Positions 35,679 to 44,929 of a DNA stretch of 49,016 nucleotides are shown here, one piece after another. The translations under genes and the position numbers were made by a program. Origin of the DNA: Microscillaceae bacterium (GTDB lineage Bacteria > Bacteroidota > Bacteroidia > Cytophagales > Microscillaceae); assembly GCA_003483885.1 (NCBI GenBank), contig DMXI01000559.1:1-49016 (forward strand). Reading direction: 5' to 3'. How positions within the stretch are numbered: position 1 is the first letter of the stretch; each line of letters opens with the position of its first letter. A model generated the notes under the pieces. It saw only the letters and a program-made list of their open reading frames with translations. It was not told the origin of the DNA and searched no databases.

Positions 35679-38237
35679 TTAATCTTCGTCTTCCTCATCC
35701 ACTACATCATCTTCCATTCCATTGAGGCTAGACTCTAGCACATTGGCCAGCTTGGTCCCTTTAAGCATATTGGTAAACACCTGGGCTACACTCTTGCCTC
35801 CCAAAATAGCCAACGGTGACATCGATTTGGCCATTTTTTCAGCCAATGATTTATCAGCAAAAGCTTGCAAGGCTGCAATCAAATTGGGCGACACCGCTTC
35901 GGCTTTGTTTACTACTGCCTGTACCTCAGCTCGAAGTAGCTCAAGCTCTTGATGCAATTCTTTTTGGGCAATTTCCAGTACCAACTCCTCTTCTTTTTGC
36001 TTACGAGCCAGTTCGGCATCTTTGATCTGAGTCAATGAATCTTGTTCAGCTAAATTGGCCTCCAGCTGACGTTGCTTAGACTGTATCTCCATGTCTAGTT
36101 TTGCCAAAATAACCTCAAGCTCCTTTTTAGATTCTTTCTTTTCCAAATCAAATTGCTTTTGGGTAGTATCAGACTTGGTACTGGCAATCTGTTGGTTAAT
36201 TTCTTCGCTTTGTTGGGTAAACTCTAATTTACGTTTTTCAGCATCTATGCGCAGGGTTTGCTTAACAACCTCTTGTTGGGCCGAAATGAGTAAGTTTTCA
36301 ATACTGACATCACTCAAACGAATGTCCAGCACCTCGATGTCATAAATACGCATGTTGTTTTCTTCAAACACTCGCCCAGGACGCTTATTGTTTTCTCCAG
36401 CTTGGCCCAAGATACTGTTGCGTAAAATATCGATACCATTGGCATAAAAATCCATAATGGTGTGTTTCTTTACCACATTGCGAATAAACGAACGCATATG
36501 GTCAGTCAAAAACTTGACATAGTTCTCTACATTGAACCATTTGTCCGATTCTTCTTCAAAATTGACCCGGTAAGAAATGGTAATGCTTACTTGGGTAAAG
36601 TCAGAAGATTCGGCTTTGACAATATCAGATATTTTGTTGTGCAATACCCGTAAATACACCGTGGTAATGGTGTTATCAGAGGTTTTGGGTGTTCCGGTAG
36701 AAAGCGTGATGGGCTCCAGGCTTTCGTCATACTCTAGTAAATAAGTCTGAGGGCCAGCAATGACTTTGCGTTGCCCAGTTTTGCTTACCACTAAAATAGC
36801 ATATCCAGTCCAAAGGTTAATGGTTACAGCGCCATCGTATTTGGTATCTAGAGTGATGGTACGAGGTGGGGTAAAAGTTTGCTCCCGGGTAAATTCATCT
36901 CCCGCCATTTCTTTCGATACCTTTTCTTTCTTTTTACGACGAGGGGCTGGCATAGGAATTTCATCAGCCAGTTCTTCAGCTTCCATCGCGGCGGCGGCTG
37001 GCTCTGCCGATATTTCCAGGTACCCTTCGTTAGACTTACGTCGGTCCAGCTCTTGTTTAAGTTGGCGGTTGTATTCCAAAGCTTCGCTATTGCCCGGAAA
37101 CCACAGCTTTACTTGCTTGGGGTCTAGGACCCGTTTTACAAACACCGCCTCGCGAGGGTCAGGCAAAAACATCACGGGGCCTTTTTTGAGTGATACTTTT
37201 CCGGTTTTTCGGTTGAGGTAATAACGCCCCTCTCCTGCCGGGATGGCAATGGCGTAGTGTCGCTCTTTTTGCCCATACTTGATAATGGCATGCTCAGGAC
37301 GAGGGTAATAAATCATTTGTTCATTACCAGTTACAAACAACTCCTCCCCTTCTTTGAAAGAAGTACCATTCTCCTCATAAGGAGCAATTACTTTGATGTA
37401 CAACCCACTCATCTCGTTGAGTTCAATGGCTCGAAACTTACGCGACCCATTACGGTATACAAATTCTTCGGTAGGCTCTGGGAAAACTACCGCGGGGCCT
37501 TGAATGTAACGCTTATTGCCATCTTCATCCAATAAAATACAATACTCTAAACGCTCCAAAGTGACCGCTTCTCGCACGTAGTTTCCATTCACCCCTCGTA
37601 CTACTTCTATCCCAGTAGGAGGAATATAAAAAGAAACCGCATCCCCTTTGATGATAAGCATCTTACCCATGGTCAAATCGGGCATTTCTTCCAGGTTTGT
37701 CAAATCGGTATCAGAACCCTCCCCTCCTTCTTTATCTTCCTCCCCATCTTTTGCCTCAGTAGAATTCTTGGTTTTAATCACCGCCTTGGTCCAGTTTTGT
37801 CGAGCTTCTTCTTCGTCGTATACCCTTACAGCCAAGTACTGATTGGAGCGTAAATTATGCCCACGCAATACTTTAACCATTTGTCCAGGCCAAAGCGCAA
37901 AATTGATAGGCCCTGGAATGTTAACTTTACGTCCTACATTCAATGCAGTAAGGTTATTTACGGTACCATTCTGAGGTTGGGTACCATCCTGAGACGGGTT
38001 TTTCATGACTACATACCAACCTTCGGGAGCAGTAGTAAAGGTTTGAAGAGAATTGTCCAGGTTAGAACGTTCGAATTTTTTAGTATCGGCATCAAAAATC
38101 ACCGGTTTATCGGTGTTGGCCAAACTGGTTTTATAAGGGCCTACATATACGTTGATGTTTCCCTTGGTTTGGTCAGATATAAAAGCAAATTCATTGGGAG
38201 CGAGCACCAAATCGCGCTCTCGGTTTGAGTCTGACAT
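35679..38237 (-). CDS. Major vault protein (MVP) homolog
   Basis: 852 aa; N-terminal ~470 aa of consecutive ~55-aa beta-rich MVP-type repeats, shoulder/SPFH-like segment (VSITISYRVNFEEESDKWFNVENYVKFLTDHMRSFIRNVV collinear with vertebrate MVP shoulder), ~170-aa heptad coiled-coil (cap-helix) and C-terminal segment EAVSPNLIAALQAFADKSLAEKMAKSMSPLAILGG collinear with MVP [36 protein letters not shown]. Confidence 0.8.
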   Translation of the reverse strand: MSDSNRERDLVLAPNEFAFISDQTKGNINVYVGPYKTSLANTDKPVIFDADTKKFERSNLDNSLQTFTTAPEGWYVVMKNPSQDGTQPQNGTVNNLTALNVGRKVNIPGPINFALWPGQMVKVLRGHNLRSNQYLAVRVYDEEEARQNWTKAVIKTKNSTEAKDGEEDKEGGEGSDTDLTNLEEMPDLTMGKMLIIKGDAVSFYIPPTGIEVVRGVNGNYVREAVTLERLEYCILLDEDGNKRYIQGPAVVFPEPTEEFVYRNGSRKFRAIELNEMSGLYIKVIAPYEENGTSFKEGEELFVTGNEQMIYYPRPEHAIIKYGQKERHYAIAIPAGEGRYYLNRKTGKVSLKKGPVMFLPDPREAVFVKRVLDPKQVKLWFPGNSEALEYNRQLKQELDRRKSNEGYLEISAEPAAAAMEAEELADEIPMPAPRRKKKEKVSKEMAGDEFTREQTFTPPRTITLDTKYDGAVTINLWTGYAILVVSKTGQRKVIAGPQTYLLEYDESLEPITLSTGTPKTSDNTITTVYLRVLHNKISDIVKAESSDFTQVSITISYRVNFEEESDKWFNVENYVKFLTDHMRSFIRNVVKKHTIMDFYANGIDILRNSILGQAGENNKRPGRVFEENNMRIYDIEVLDIRLSDVSIENLLISAQQEVVKQTLRIDAEKRKLEFTQQSEEINQQIASTKSDTTQKQFDLEKKESKKELEVILAKLDMEIQSKQRQLEANLAEQDSLTQIKDAELARKQKEEELVLEIAQKELHQELELLRAEVQAVVNKAEAVSPNLIAALQAFADKSLAEKMAKSMSPLAILGGKSVAQVFTNMLKGTKLANVLESSLNGMEDDVVDEEDED

Positions 38238-38463
38238 ATAGTTGTTTTTTTTGATTAAGTTCGGTATTTCTTAGGGAAATGAATTTACATAAAAATTTGA
38301 GTTTTGAGGCATCAGTATCCTTTTTTTTGACTTTAGTGATTCATTCCTTCATTCAGAAACAAATAGTATCAAAAACAAGGTTGCTGCTCTGCTTCCAAAA
38401 GCCAGAAAGCCTTCGGAGTTACTGTTCCAAAAGCTTTCTAACAATCATAAACAGAATGGCATT

Positions 38464-39228
38464 TTAGCGCCCAAAAACCGCTTTTTGATAGAGTTTTTCT
38501 ACTGCTGGATCGCTTTTATATTTGTTATACAATGTTTTTATCATCGCTTCTGGTTGGTCTGCAAGTGGATTATATCCTTTTTTTATAAAATAGAGGTAAA
38601 CGTCATCGGCTGGTTTTAAAAATAATAAAAACATCAGGCGAGGGTTATTCAACTTCTTCAAAGCCTTTTTTGAGTCAATGAGGGTTTGTAAATATCCTTT
38701 ATAATCTTGTTTCGTCATAACCCTGAGCGGCTTTGCTTTTTGAAAGGCATCCATCTGCTTTTCGGTATACATATGCAAAAAAAATGGTGGAGGTTTAAGT
38801 GCTTCATTGGCCTCTTGAATATTGATAAAATACCCAGTAGGGCTTATTTGAGGGTTGACATACAATATAAACTTTTTTTGATTGGTGGTATCGGCTATAA
38901 ATCGCCAAATGCCTTGTTGCTTGCTTATGGTAGTAAACTTTGTAAGATGCATATCTTTAAGAGCTCCCGCCTCATAACTTTCCGTCTTCAGGGTATTCCC
39001 TTTCAGGATCAACTTACTATTGTATACCTTTACTTTGCTGGTTCCCTTGGAGTTGTTCGCTTGTTGTTGATTACTCAAATTCGAGTTAAAACTCGCTTTT
39101 ACCTTGGCTTTGAAACCACTCATGAGTACATACCAGGTTCCTTCCAGATTTTGGGCGTTTGAAACAAAACTGTACAAACAAATAAAGGTAAAGAGGAGTA
39201 CCTTTTTGAAGTGATTTATAGACATCAT
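38464..39228 (-). CDS. Hypothetical secreted protein (signal peptide), immediately upstream of MVP homolog on same strand
   Basis: 254 aa; MMSINHFKKVLLFTFICLYSFVSNAQN signal peptide; no recognised family. Confidence 0.55.
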   Translation of the reverse strand: MMSINHFKKVLLFTFICLYSFVSNAQNLEGTWYVLMSGFKAKVKASFNSNLSNQQQANNSKGTSKVKVYNSKLILKGNTLKTESYEAGALKDMHLTKFTTISKQQGIWRFIADTTNQKKFILYVNPQISPTGYFINIQEANEALKPPPFFLHMYTEKQMDAFQKAKPLRVMTKQDYKGYLQTLIDSKKALKKLNNPRLMFLLFLKPADDVYLYFIKKGYNPLADQPEAMIKTLYNKYKSDPAVEKLYQKAVFGR

Positions 39229-39461
39229 GTATTGTGAGTTAGGTGAATAATGAAAGTGTTTATAATATAACTCTTATTAATTACAGATTAATGCAAACAC
39301 TTCCTAGAATATATCTACAAACCTTGTTATTACTTCTTTTAGTCTTGAGGTGCACCCTCCGCAAGTTTTTAGTCTTACCAGTAGAGAAGGTGTTGTAGCA
39401 TCTTTTTTCGTTAAAACCCTACAGCAAATAATGCTTTATGCATTTTGGAGTCATTACAAAA

Positions 39462-39500
39462 AAGCTAAGTCTTTGGTTTCAGCACATTGAAACCAAAGAC
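39462..39500 (-). terminator. Strong intrinsic terminator after DUF4157 gene
   Basis: tctttggtttca / tgaaaccaaaga 12-bp perfect stem, 7-nt loop, followed on minus strand by ttagctttttt. Confidence 0.7.
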
Positions 39501-39541
39501 TGCATTTGTTAAGGTTCTACGAAAAACAACGCCTTGTAATA

Positions 39542-40963
39542 TTAAGCCTCTCGACGCAGGAACGTACTAGTTGCCTCATTATATTCATAACCATATTTAG
39601 CCATCAAGGCTTGAACACCCGCATAGCCATTTTCAATCGTATCTAATTCAAGTTTGTAAGAACTTGTTCTGGTACTACCTTCTTTATTACTTACTAAGCG
39701 TACTTTATCCCCCCTCTGAAAGGCAGATTCAAGAAAAGGAAGGTTGAACTGTTGCCAGACAAAAGTCTGCGCAACCGACATGGCCAATGTCAGTATAAGT
39801 TTGATATGGCCTTCACTTAAATATTCACGCGCTTTCTGTTTTACTTGTTCTAAGTTTAAATCATCCAAATCAGATAAGTGACTTTCTTGTGCAAATTTAC
39901 GCAAATGCTGTGAAAGAAAATCTTTTTGGGCATACTCTACAATTTCATCATAATCTACCACAGCCAAAACTTTGAGTCCTGGAATATCGCTATCATATAA
40001 TCCCCCACCTCCTCTCACTTTTGCCATTGTACCTTCTGGTAATCCTTTGATATCGAGATCACCTCCTTTGAATCCTACAAAATTTCGGGTACCACCGGAT
40101 AGAGGATTGGTCCATTCTTCACCAAATTTTCCTAATAGAAGCGTGGACTTGCTATCATCATCTATGACTACATCTCCTCCAAAACCGTGATATAAAAACT
40201 TGACAATGCCGTTTTCCTTTACCGCAAACTCTTTGTTGTTTTCCGCATCCTGGTAATGGGTAGTGTCCCCATCTTCAACCACATTGACGTTAGGATTACC
40301 CTCCAACTTTCTAACCAGGTTTTGAATTTTGTCATCTATGCGAGGTATCAGCCTACGTTGTACTGGCCCGCCAGAAGATACCACCCCTTGCTGCCCTAAA
40401 TTTTCGGTACCTTGATTCTCTTTCCTCTGCAAAGGCTGCGCCGCCATATTGTCTACGGTTTGCTCTCGGGTGGTATCTACCGATTGTCCATTAACTACTT
40501 TGTCGCCTTTTGGGGTGCCATTTTTAGCGTTGTCTATGGCGTGGGCCACTTCATGTTTCATGTTGGCCTCCGTGTCTTTGCCAGGAGCAAAGTCAATTTT
40601 GTTGCCTTGAATGGTGGCTTCGGCATTGACCGTGTCTGGGAAGGACGAATTATGGGTGGCTTTGAGTTGAGAAGTATCTACCCCGTGTTGTTGCCCCATA
40701 GTGGTAGCTATTTCCTTAAACTTGGCGGAGCCTTGGGGTTGCTCCCCCTTTGTTTGCCCAGTAGTGTTGCGTTGCACGGGTCGTTGCTTGGCTTGAACCG
40801 GCCTTTGTTTGGATTGGATGGGCTTCTGCTTGGCCTGAATTGGCTTTTGTTTCGCTTGAACAGGTTTTTGCTTCGCCTGAATTGTGCTCTGACTTTGTGT
40901 AGTTGATGGATTATTTTGTTTTTGAACGTTGTGGTTATCATTAGATAAAGCGTGCTGATGCAT
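39542..40963 (-). CDS. DUF4157 (eCIS-associated toxin-type metallopeptidase-like) domain protein with N-terminal QAKQKPx tandem repeat and unknown C-terminal domain
   Basis: 473 aa; DUF4157 signature layout KEIATTMGQQHGVDTSQLKATHNS ... AEATIQGNKIDFAPGK ... MKHEVAHAIDN (HExxH) ; residues 27-66 five 7-aa repeats; C-terminal ~300 aa no recognised family. Confidence 0.65.
   Translation of the reverse strand: MHQHALSNDNHNVQKQNNPSTTQSQSTIQAKQKPVQAKQKPIQAKQKPIQSKQRPVQAKQRPVQRNTTGQTKGEQPQGSAKFKEIATTMGQQHGVDTSQLKATHNSSFPDTVNAEATIQGNKIDFAPGKDTEANMKHEVAHAIDNAKNGTPKGDKVVNGQSVDTTREQTVDNMAAQPLQRKENQGTENLGQQGVVSSGGPVQRRLIPRIDDKIQNLVRKLEGNPNVNVVEDGDTTHYQDAENNKEFAVKENGIVKFLYHGFGGDVVIDDDSKSTLLLGKFGEEWTNPLSGGTRNFVGFKGGDLDIKGLPEGTMAKVRGGGGLYDSDIPGLKVLAVVDYDEIVEYAQKDFLSQHLRKFAQESHLSDLDDLNLEQVKQKAREYLSEGHIKLILTLAMSVAQTFVWQQFNLPFLESAFQRGDKVRLVSNKEGSTRTSSYKLELDTIENGYAGVQALMAKYGYEYNEATSTFLRREA
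40786..40890. repeat. 5 x 21-bp in-frame tandem repeat inside DUF4157 gene (encodes KQKPVQA-type heptads)
   Basis: Visible nucleotide periodicity cttggcttgaaccggcctttg / tttggattggatgggcttctg / cttggcctgaattggcttttg / tttcgcttgaacaggtttttg / cttcgcctgaattgtgctctg. Confidence 0.75.
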
Positions 40964-41678
40964 GTGCGTTTTTAAAATTAGATAAAACCTTGAATGCTTA
41001 ATTCAATCTGGATACAAAAAGAAGTCAACTTGCGGCAAAAGGCCTTTTGCGACAAATCACCCATTTTTTCAAGGCTTTATAACAATTACTCTTTGCTACA
41101 AACCTCAAAAATCCTCTTAAACCCAGTACTAACTTCGTTTTTAAAAACTTTTTCTTTCAGGCATACACCTGATGACTGCAATCAGTAACCCTTACAAGAC
41201 ACTGCAATATATGGTTGCCTTGAGTCAATATATTTACTAATAATGCATTGAACCACATTGTACTATATCAAGAGATCTCCTTTTTATTTAATAAGATGTC
41301 ATCCTCAGGCAATCACGCTGAAAACAGGGTTAAAAAACTCTCATAAACCAAATATAACAGTGAATGTATAGTGATTAAAATAGGTTGGGGGAGGCGTATT
41401 TATTCAAAGAATTGCCTTAGAAAAAGCATTAAGGCAATACTACTTAGGCTTCTCTATGGTTTGAAAAACTTTCAATGAATGTGCGAAATGGTTTCGTTAG
41501 CAAAAACCTAACACAGGCATTTTTTTCATAAAATCTTGGCATAATTCGTTATATTACCGTTAGCATTTTGATTGGCTATAAAAATTAGCAGATTTTGTAC
41601 AGGATACATTGCTCGAAAAAGCTAATTTTGTTTGAAAACCAACTGTTACTCATACCAAACATTCAAATAGTTATTTCT

Positions 41679-43343
41679 ATGAAGTTGAAAAGTATTTTTG
41701 TAGTAGGTTTGCTACTCGCTCAAATAGGTTTGGCCAATGCCAAAACCCCTGCTACTAAGAAGTTCCCTTATCCTATTATTCATCTCCAGGAAGTGTACTG
41801 GGTAGTAGGCAGTGACACATCCAAGACACCTCCTAAAAACTGGTTTAACCTAGACACCAAAAAAGACAACATTCGGGGAGTAAGTACCGAAAGGGTATAT
41901 GAGACCTTGTTGAAAGGCAAAAAATCTACTACCGTAGTAGTAGCCGTGATTGACTCTGGCATAGATACCAAACATCCAGACTTGAAAGAACACATTTGGG
42001 TAAACCCCAAAGAAAAACCAGGAAATGGTAAAGATGATGATAAAAACGGCTATGTAGATGACATCAACGGCTGGGATTTTATTGGTGGAAAAGACGGCAA
42101 AGATGTAGATGCAGATACTTATGAAGTAACTCGAGAGTTGGTTCGTCTAGAAAAAAAATTTGCGGATAAAGACCCCGAAAAACTACGCAAAAAAGAAAAG
42201 AAAGAATATCAGTATTATCTCAAGGTAAAAAAGTCTTATACGAGACAAGCTTCGGAAGCACGCCAGGGATATACTGTGATGAAACAAATTTGGGCGGCTT
42301 ATCAGGTCGTGCAAAAAAGTCTGGACAAAAAAGAATTCACCAAAGAGGATCTTGATAATATCAAAAGTGATGACCAGGACGTAGTACAAGCGGGTCAGAT
42401 CTTAAAACGTGCCATTGGGTTTGGTATTCCTTTGAACCAAATCGGAGATGCTTACAAGCAATACGAGTCTATGTTTAAATATGGGGTAAACAAGGATTTT
42501 AACCCTCGTACTATTGTGGGAGATGACTATAAAAAACTAGACGAAAAAGGTTATGGAAACAATGAAGTACAAGGCCCAGACGCAGACCATGGCACACACG
42601 TAGCCGGTATTATTGGTGCAGATCGCACCAACGATGTAGGCATTAAAGGTGTAGCCGACAATGTAAAAATTATGGTACTAAGAGCAGTGCCTAATGGAGA
42701 CGAAAGGGATAAAGACATTGCCAATGCCATTCGTTATGCAGTGGATAACGGTGCGCGCATTATCAATATGAGTTTTGGTAAATCTTTTTCACCAAATAAA
42801 GAATATGTAGACAAGGCTGTAAAATATGCCCAAAAGAAAGGAGTACTTCTGGTACACGCTGCGGGTAATGATGGCTCTAACCTGGATGAAAATGATAACT
42901 TCCCCAACAAAAACTTTAAGAACTCTAAGAAATTTGCCAAAAACTGGATTGAAGTAGGAGCTTCTTCCTGGGGAGATGAAAAGAATTTTGTAGGTGGTTT
43001 TTCTAACTACGGTAAAAAGACGGTAGATGTATTTGCTCCTGGAGTAGCTATTAACTCTACCATTCCTGATGACAAATATACTGAACATGATGGTACCAGT
43101 ATGGCAGCCCCAGTAGTTTCAGGAGTAGCTGCTTTGTTGATGTCTTACTTCCCTGACTTGAGCGCTGAAGATGTGAAAGAAATTATTTTGAAATCCTCTG
43201 TAAAATATACAGATAAGGAAATCAACAAGCCAGGAAGCCGTAACGGACAAACCATCAAGTTTGGAGAATTATCGGTAACTGGAGGTATTGTAAATGCCTA
43301 TGAAGCTGTAAAAATGGCGCAAAACTGGAAAAACAACAAATAA
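41679..43343 (+). CDS. S8 family serine peptidase (subtilisin-like), secreted
   Basis: Catalytic triad contexts VAVIDSGID (Asp), HGTHVAGII (His), GTSMAAPVVSG (Ser); signal peptide MKLKSIFVVGLLLAQIGLANA (ORF extends to 41595). Confidence 0.85.
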   Translation: MKLKSIFVVGLLLAQIGLANAKTPATKKFPYPIIHLQEVYWVVGSDTSKTPPKNWFNLDTKKDNIRGVSTERVYETLLKGKKSTTVVVAVIDSGIDTKHPDLKEHIWVNPKEKPGNGKDDDKNGYVDDINGWDFIGGKDGKDVDADTYEVTRELVRLEKKFADKDPEKLRKKEKKEYQYYLKVKKSYTRQASEARQGYTVMKQIWAAYQVVQKSLDKKEFTKEDLDNIKSDDQDVVQAGQILKRAIGFGIPLNQIGDAYKQYESMFKYGVNKDFNPRTIVGDDYKKLDEKGYGNNEVQGPDADHGTHVAGIIGADRTNDVGIKGVADNVKIMVLRAVPNGDERDKDIANAIRYAVDNGARIINMSFGKSFSPNKEYVDKAVKYAQKKGVLLVHAAGNDGSNLDENDNFPNKNFKNSKKFAKNWIEVGASSWGDEKNFVGGFSNYGKKTVDVFAPGVAINSTIPDDKYTEHDGTSMAAPVVSGVAALLMSYFPDLSAEDVKEIILKSSVKYTDKEINKPGSRNGQTIKFGELSVTGGIVNAYEAVKMAQNWKNNK

Positions 43344-43418
43344 GTTTTAAGCATATAATTCTACTATAGGTCTCGCAGATAAGTCATTTGCGAGACTTTT
43401 TTATATCCAGATGGCTTT

Positions 43419-44042
43419 ATGAAAACTTACTATCATTTCCACGAACTCCCTGAAGATTATCAAGCTCGCTTCAAAGCAGGGTTTGATCTCAACAACCTCC
43501 AAAATTTTTACCCTGCTGCCAATCATTATGGTACTACTTTGTTTACCTTGATAGCACTTGGCATCCCAGCCGTTTTAGTGATAGTTTTGAGTTTACTTGC
43601 TTTGTTTCAGCCAATGGCCAATCCTCCCAAAAGCACCACGGATTGGTTGATTTTTGTTGGAATTGCAATTTTCATCTTGCTCATTTTGGCGGGGATAGCT
43701 TGGTGGATCATTCGCTTATTCCAAAGTTTTAGACTAAAAGCCCAAATCAAAAAAACGCGTAAAGAGCAAGGTATCAGTCACTATGGATTGCTTTTGGATA
43801 AAGACTTGGTGTATCGTCCTATTACTACCGATAAACAAATATTAGTATTACCCCGAGCTTCGGTACGTCGGGTAAAGATGGCCTCTGAGCGGGTAGAAGG
43901 TAGTACACGCAAATATTTGCAGTTGATCTATTTTGATGAAGACCAACAACAAGAATACTTTATTGAAATGGGCCGCTATGATCTGGATAGTAAGTATACC
44001 CAAGGGAAAAGCTTGAGTCGGATTGTAGAGGATTGGGGTTGA
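43419..44042 (+). CDS. Hypothetical membrane protein (2 TM)
   Basis: 207 aa; two hydrophobic helices (res ~40-60, 75-100); no family recognised. Confidence 0.5.
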   Translation: MKTYYHFHELPEDYQARFKAGFDLNNLQNFYPAANHYGTTLFTLIALGIPAVLVIVLSLLALFQPMANPPKSTTDWLIFVGIAIFILLILAGIAWWIIRLFQSFRLKAQIKKTRKEQGISHYGLLLDKDLVYRPITTDKQILVLPRASVRRVKMASERVEGSTRKYLQLIYFDEDQQQEYFIEMGRYDLDSKYTQGKSLSRIVEDWG

Positions 44043-44088
44043 TGCATCTTAAGACTACATAACAAACTTTTATATTTATAATTATTTT

Positions 44089-44301
44089 ATGAAATACTCT
44101 ATAACTATTGCCGGCATGCCTGATAGAGAAAAATTAGCGGCAGAGATTTGGAATGAAAATAATCGCATGATTGCAGAGATCAACCAAGAAAATGAGTATT
44201 TAGAACTAGAAATATACTTTAGCAAAAAGGATGTATTAAAATTAGATTATGAAGAGTTTCTAAGTGCCTTGCAAGAAGGAAAGAAAAAACTTCTGGGCTA
44301 A
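44089..44301 (+). CDS. Hypothetical small protein
   Basis: 70-aa ORF with plausible spacing; no family recognised. Confidence 0.3.
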   Translation: MKYSITIAGMPDREKLAAEIWNENNRMIAEINQENEYLELEIYFSKKDVLKLDYEEFLSALQEGKKKLLG

Positions 44302-44310
44302 TTTCTCGTG

Positions 44311-44370
44311 CACCGCGTCGTTGGTCCTGTCCTCACGGCCAACTTTAGCCAAAATGTCTAGTAGTATGCC
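44311..44370 (-). repeat. Copy 2 (inverted) of dispersed ~60-bp hairpin-containing repeat
   Basis: Reverse complement reads catactactagacattttggctaaagttggccgtgaggacaggaccaacgacg, 36/36 identical to 25598-25633 then diverged loop with preserved stem. Confidence 0.7.
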
Positions 44371-44485
44371 TACGAATATAAAGTACTGAAAATAGTCAAA
44401 AAAGGAGGTAATGCAGCGAAAAGCCTGATAATAAAATACAGATAATCCACTGCATTTAGCCTGATTTAAGCCTGCGTAAGAATCA

Positions 44486-44869
44486 CTATAAAATGCTTTG
44501 ATACAGCACTTTATCTATTATCCAGGAATTGTTTTCTTTTGTAAGAAATAAATAGTCACAGCCTTTTTTAGCTTCTGCCCAATCCAGGGTGACTTTAACC
44601 ACTGCAATTCTTTCCTGAACATCCAAAACTTCAATATTAACTTCAGTTTCAGGCATAATACTATCTTGATTGTATGAGGCAACCCATTGTTTGATATCAT
44701 CTACTCCAACCGTTGAGATATCTAACCATTTATTTACTTCATAATCATAGATAAAACCTGTTTTAGTAGCATTTTTAGCAAAATACTTATCTACTAAGGT
44801 AGTATCGAGTTCTTTAAAAGCTTTAGGATACATTTGAGATACTTTGATAATTTCCTTTTGATTCATCAT
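44486..44869 (-). CDS. NTF2-like / SnoaL-like fold hypothetical protein
   Basis: 127 aa; size and alternating pattern consistent with NTF2-like (putative lumazine-binding type); downstream of and co-oriented with WYL regulator. Confidence 0.4.
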   Translation of the reverse strand: MMNQKEIIKVSQMYPKAFKELDTTLVDKYFAKNATKTGFIYDYEVNKWLDISTVGVDDIKQWVASYNQDSIMPETEVNIEVLDVQERIAVVKVTLDWAEAKKGCDYLFLTKENNSWIIDKVLYQSIL

Positions 44870-44929
44870 TTAAGATTTTGATTTACAATGAAACAAAAGT
44901 AGAGGAGGACAATGACAACCCTATGTCAA

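Noticed and set aside
35722-38228. Eight plus-strand ORFs (76-153 aa) antisense to the MVP-homolog gene
   Set aside because: All are embedded within the 852-aa minus-strand gene, whose homology to MVP is collinear across its whole length. The antisense frames are Ser/Leu-rich translation artefacts.
40412-40941. ORFs 40412..40906 (+) and 40708..40941 (-) overlapping the DUF4157 gene
   Set aside because: They are repeat-driven open frames across the 21-bp tandem repeat region. Leu/Gly-rich low-complexity translation makes real coding unlikely.
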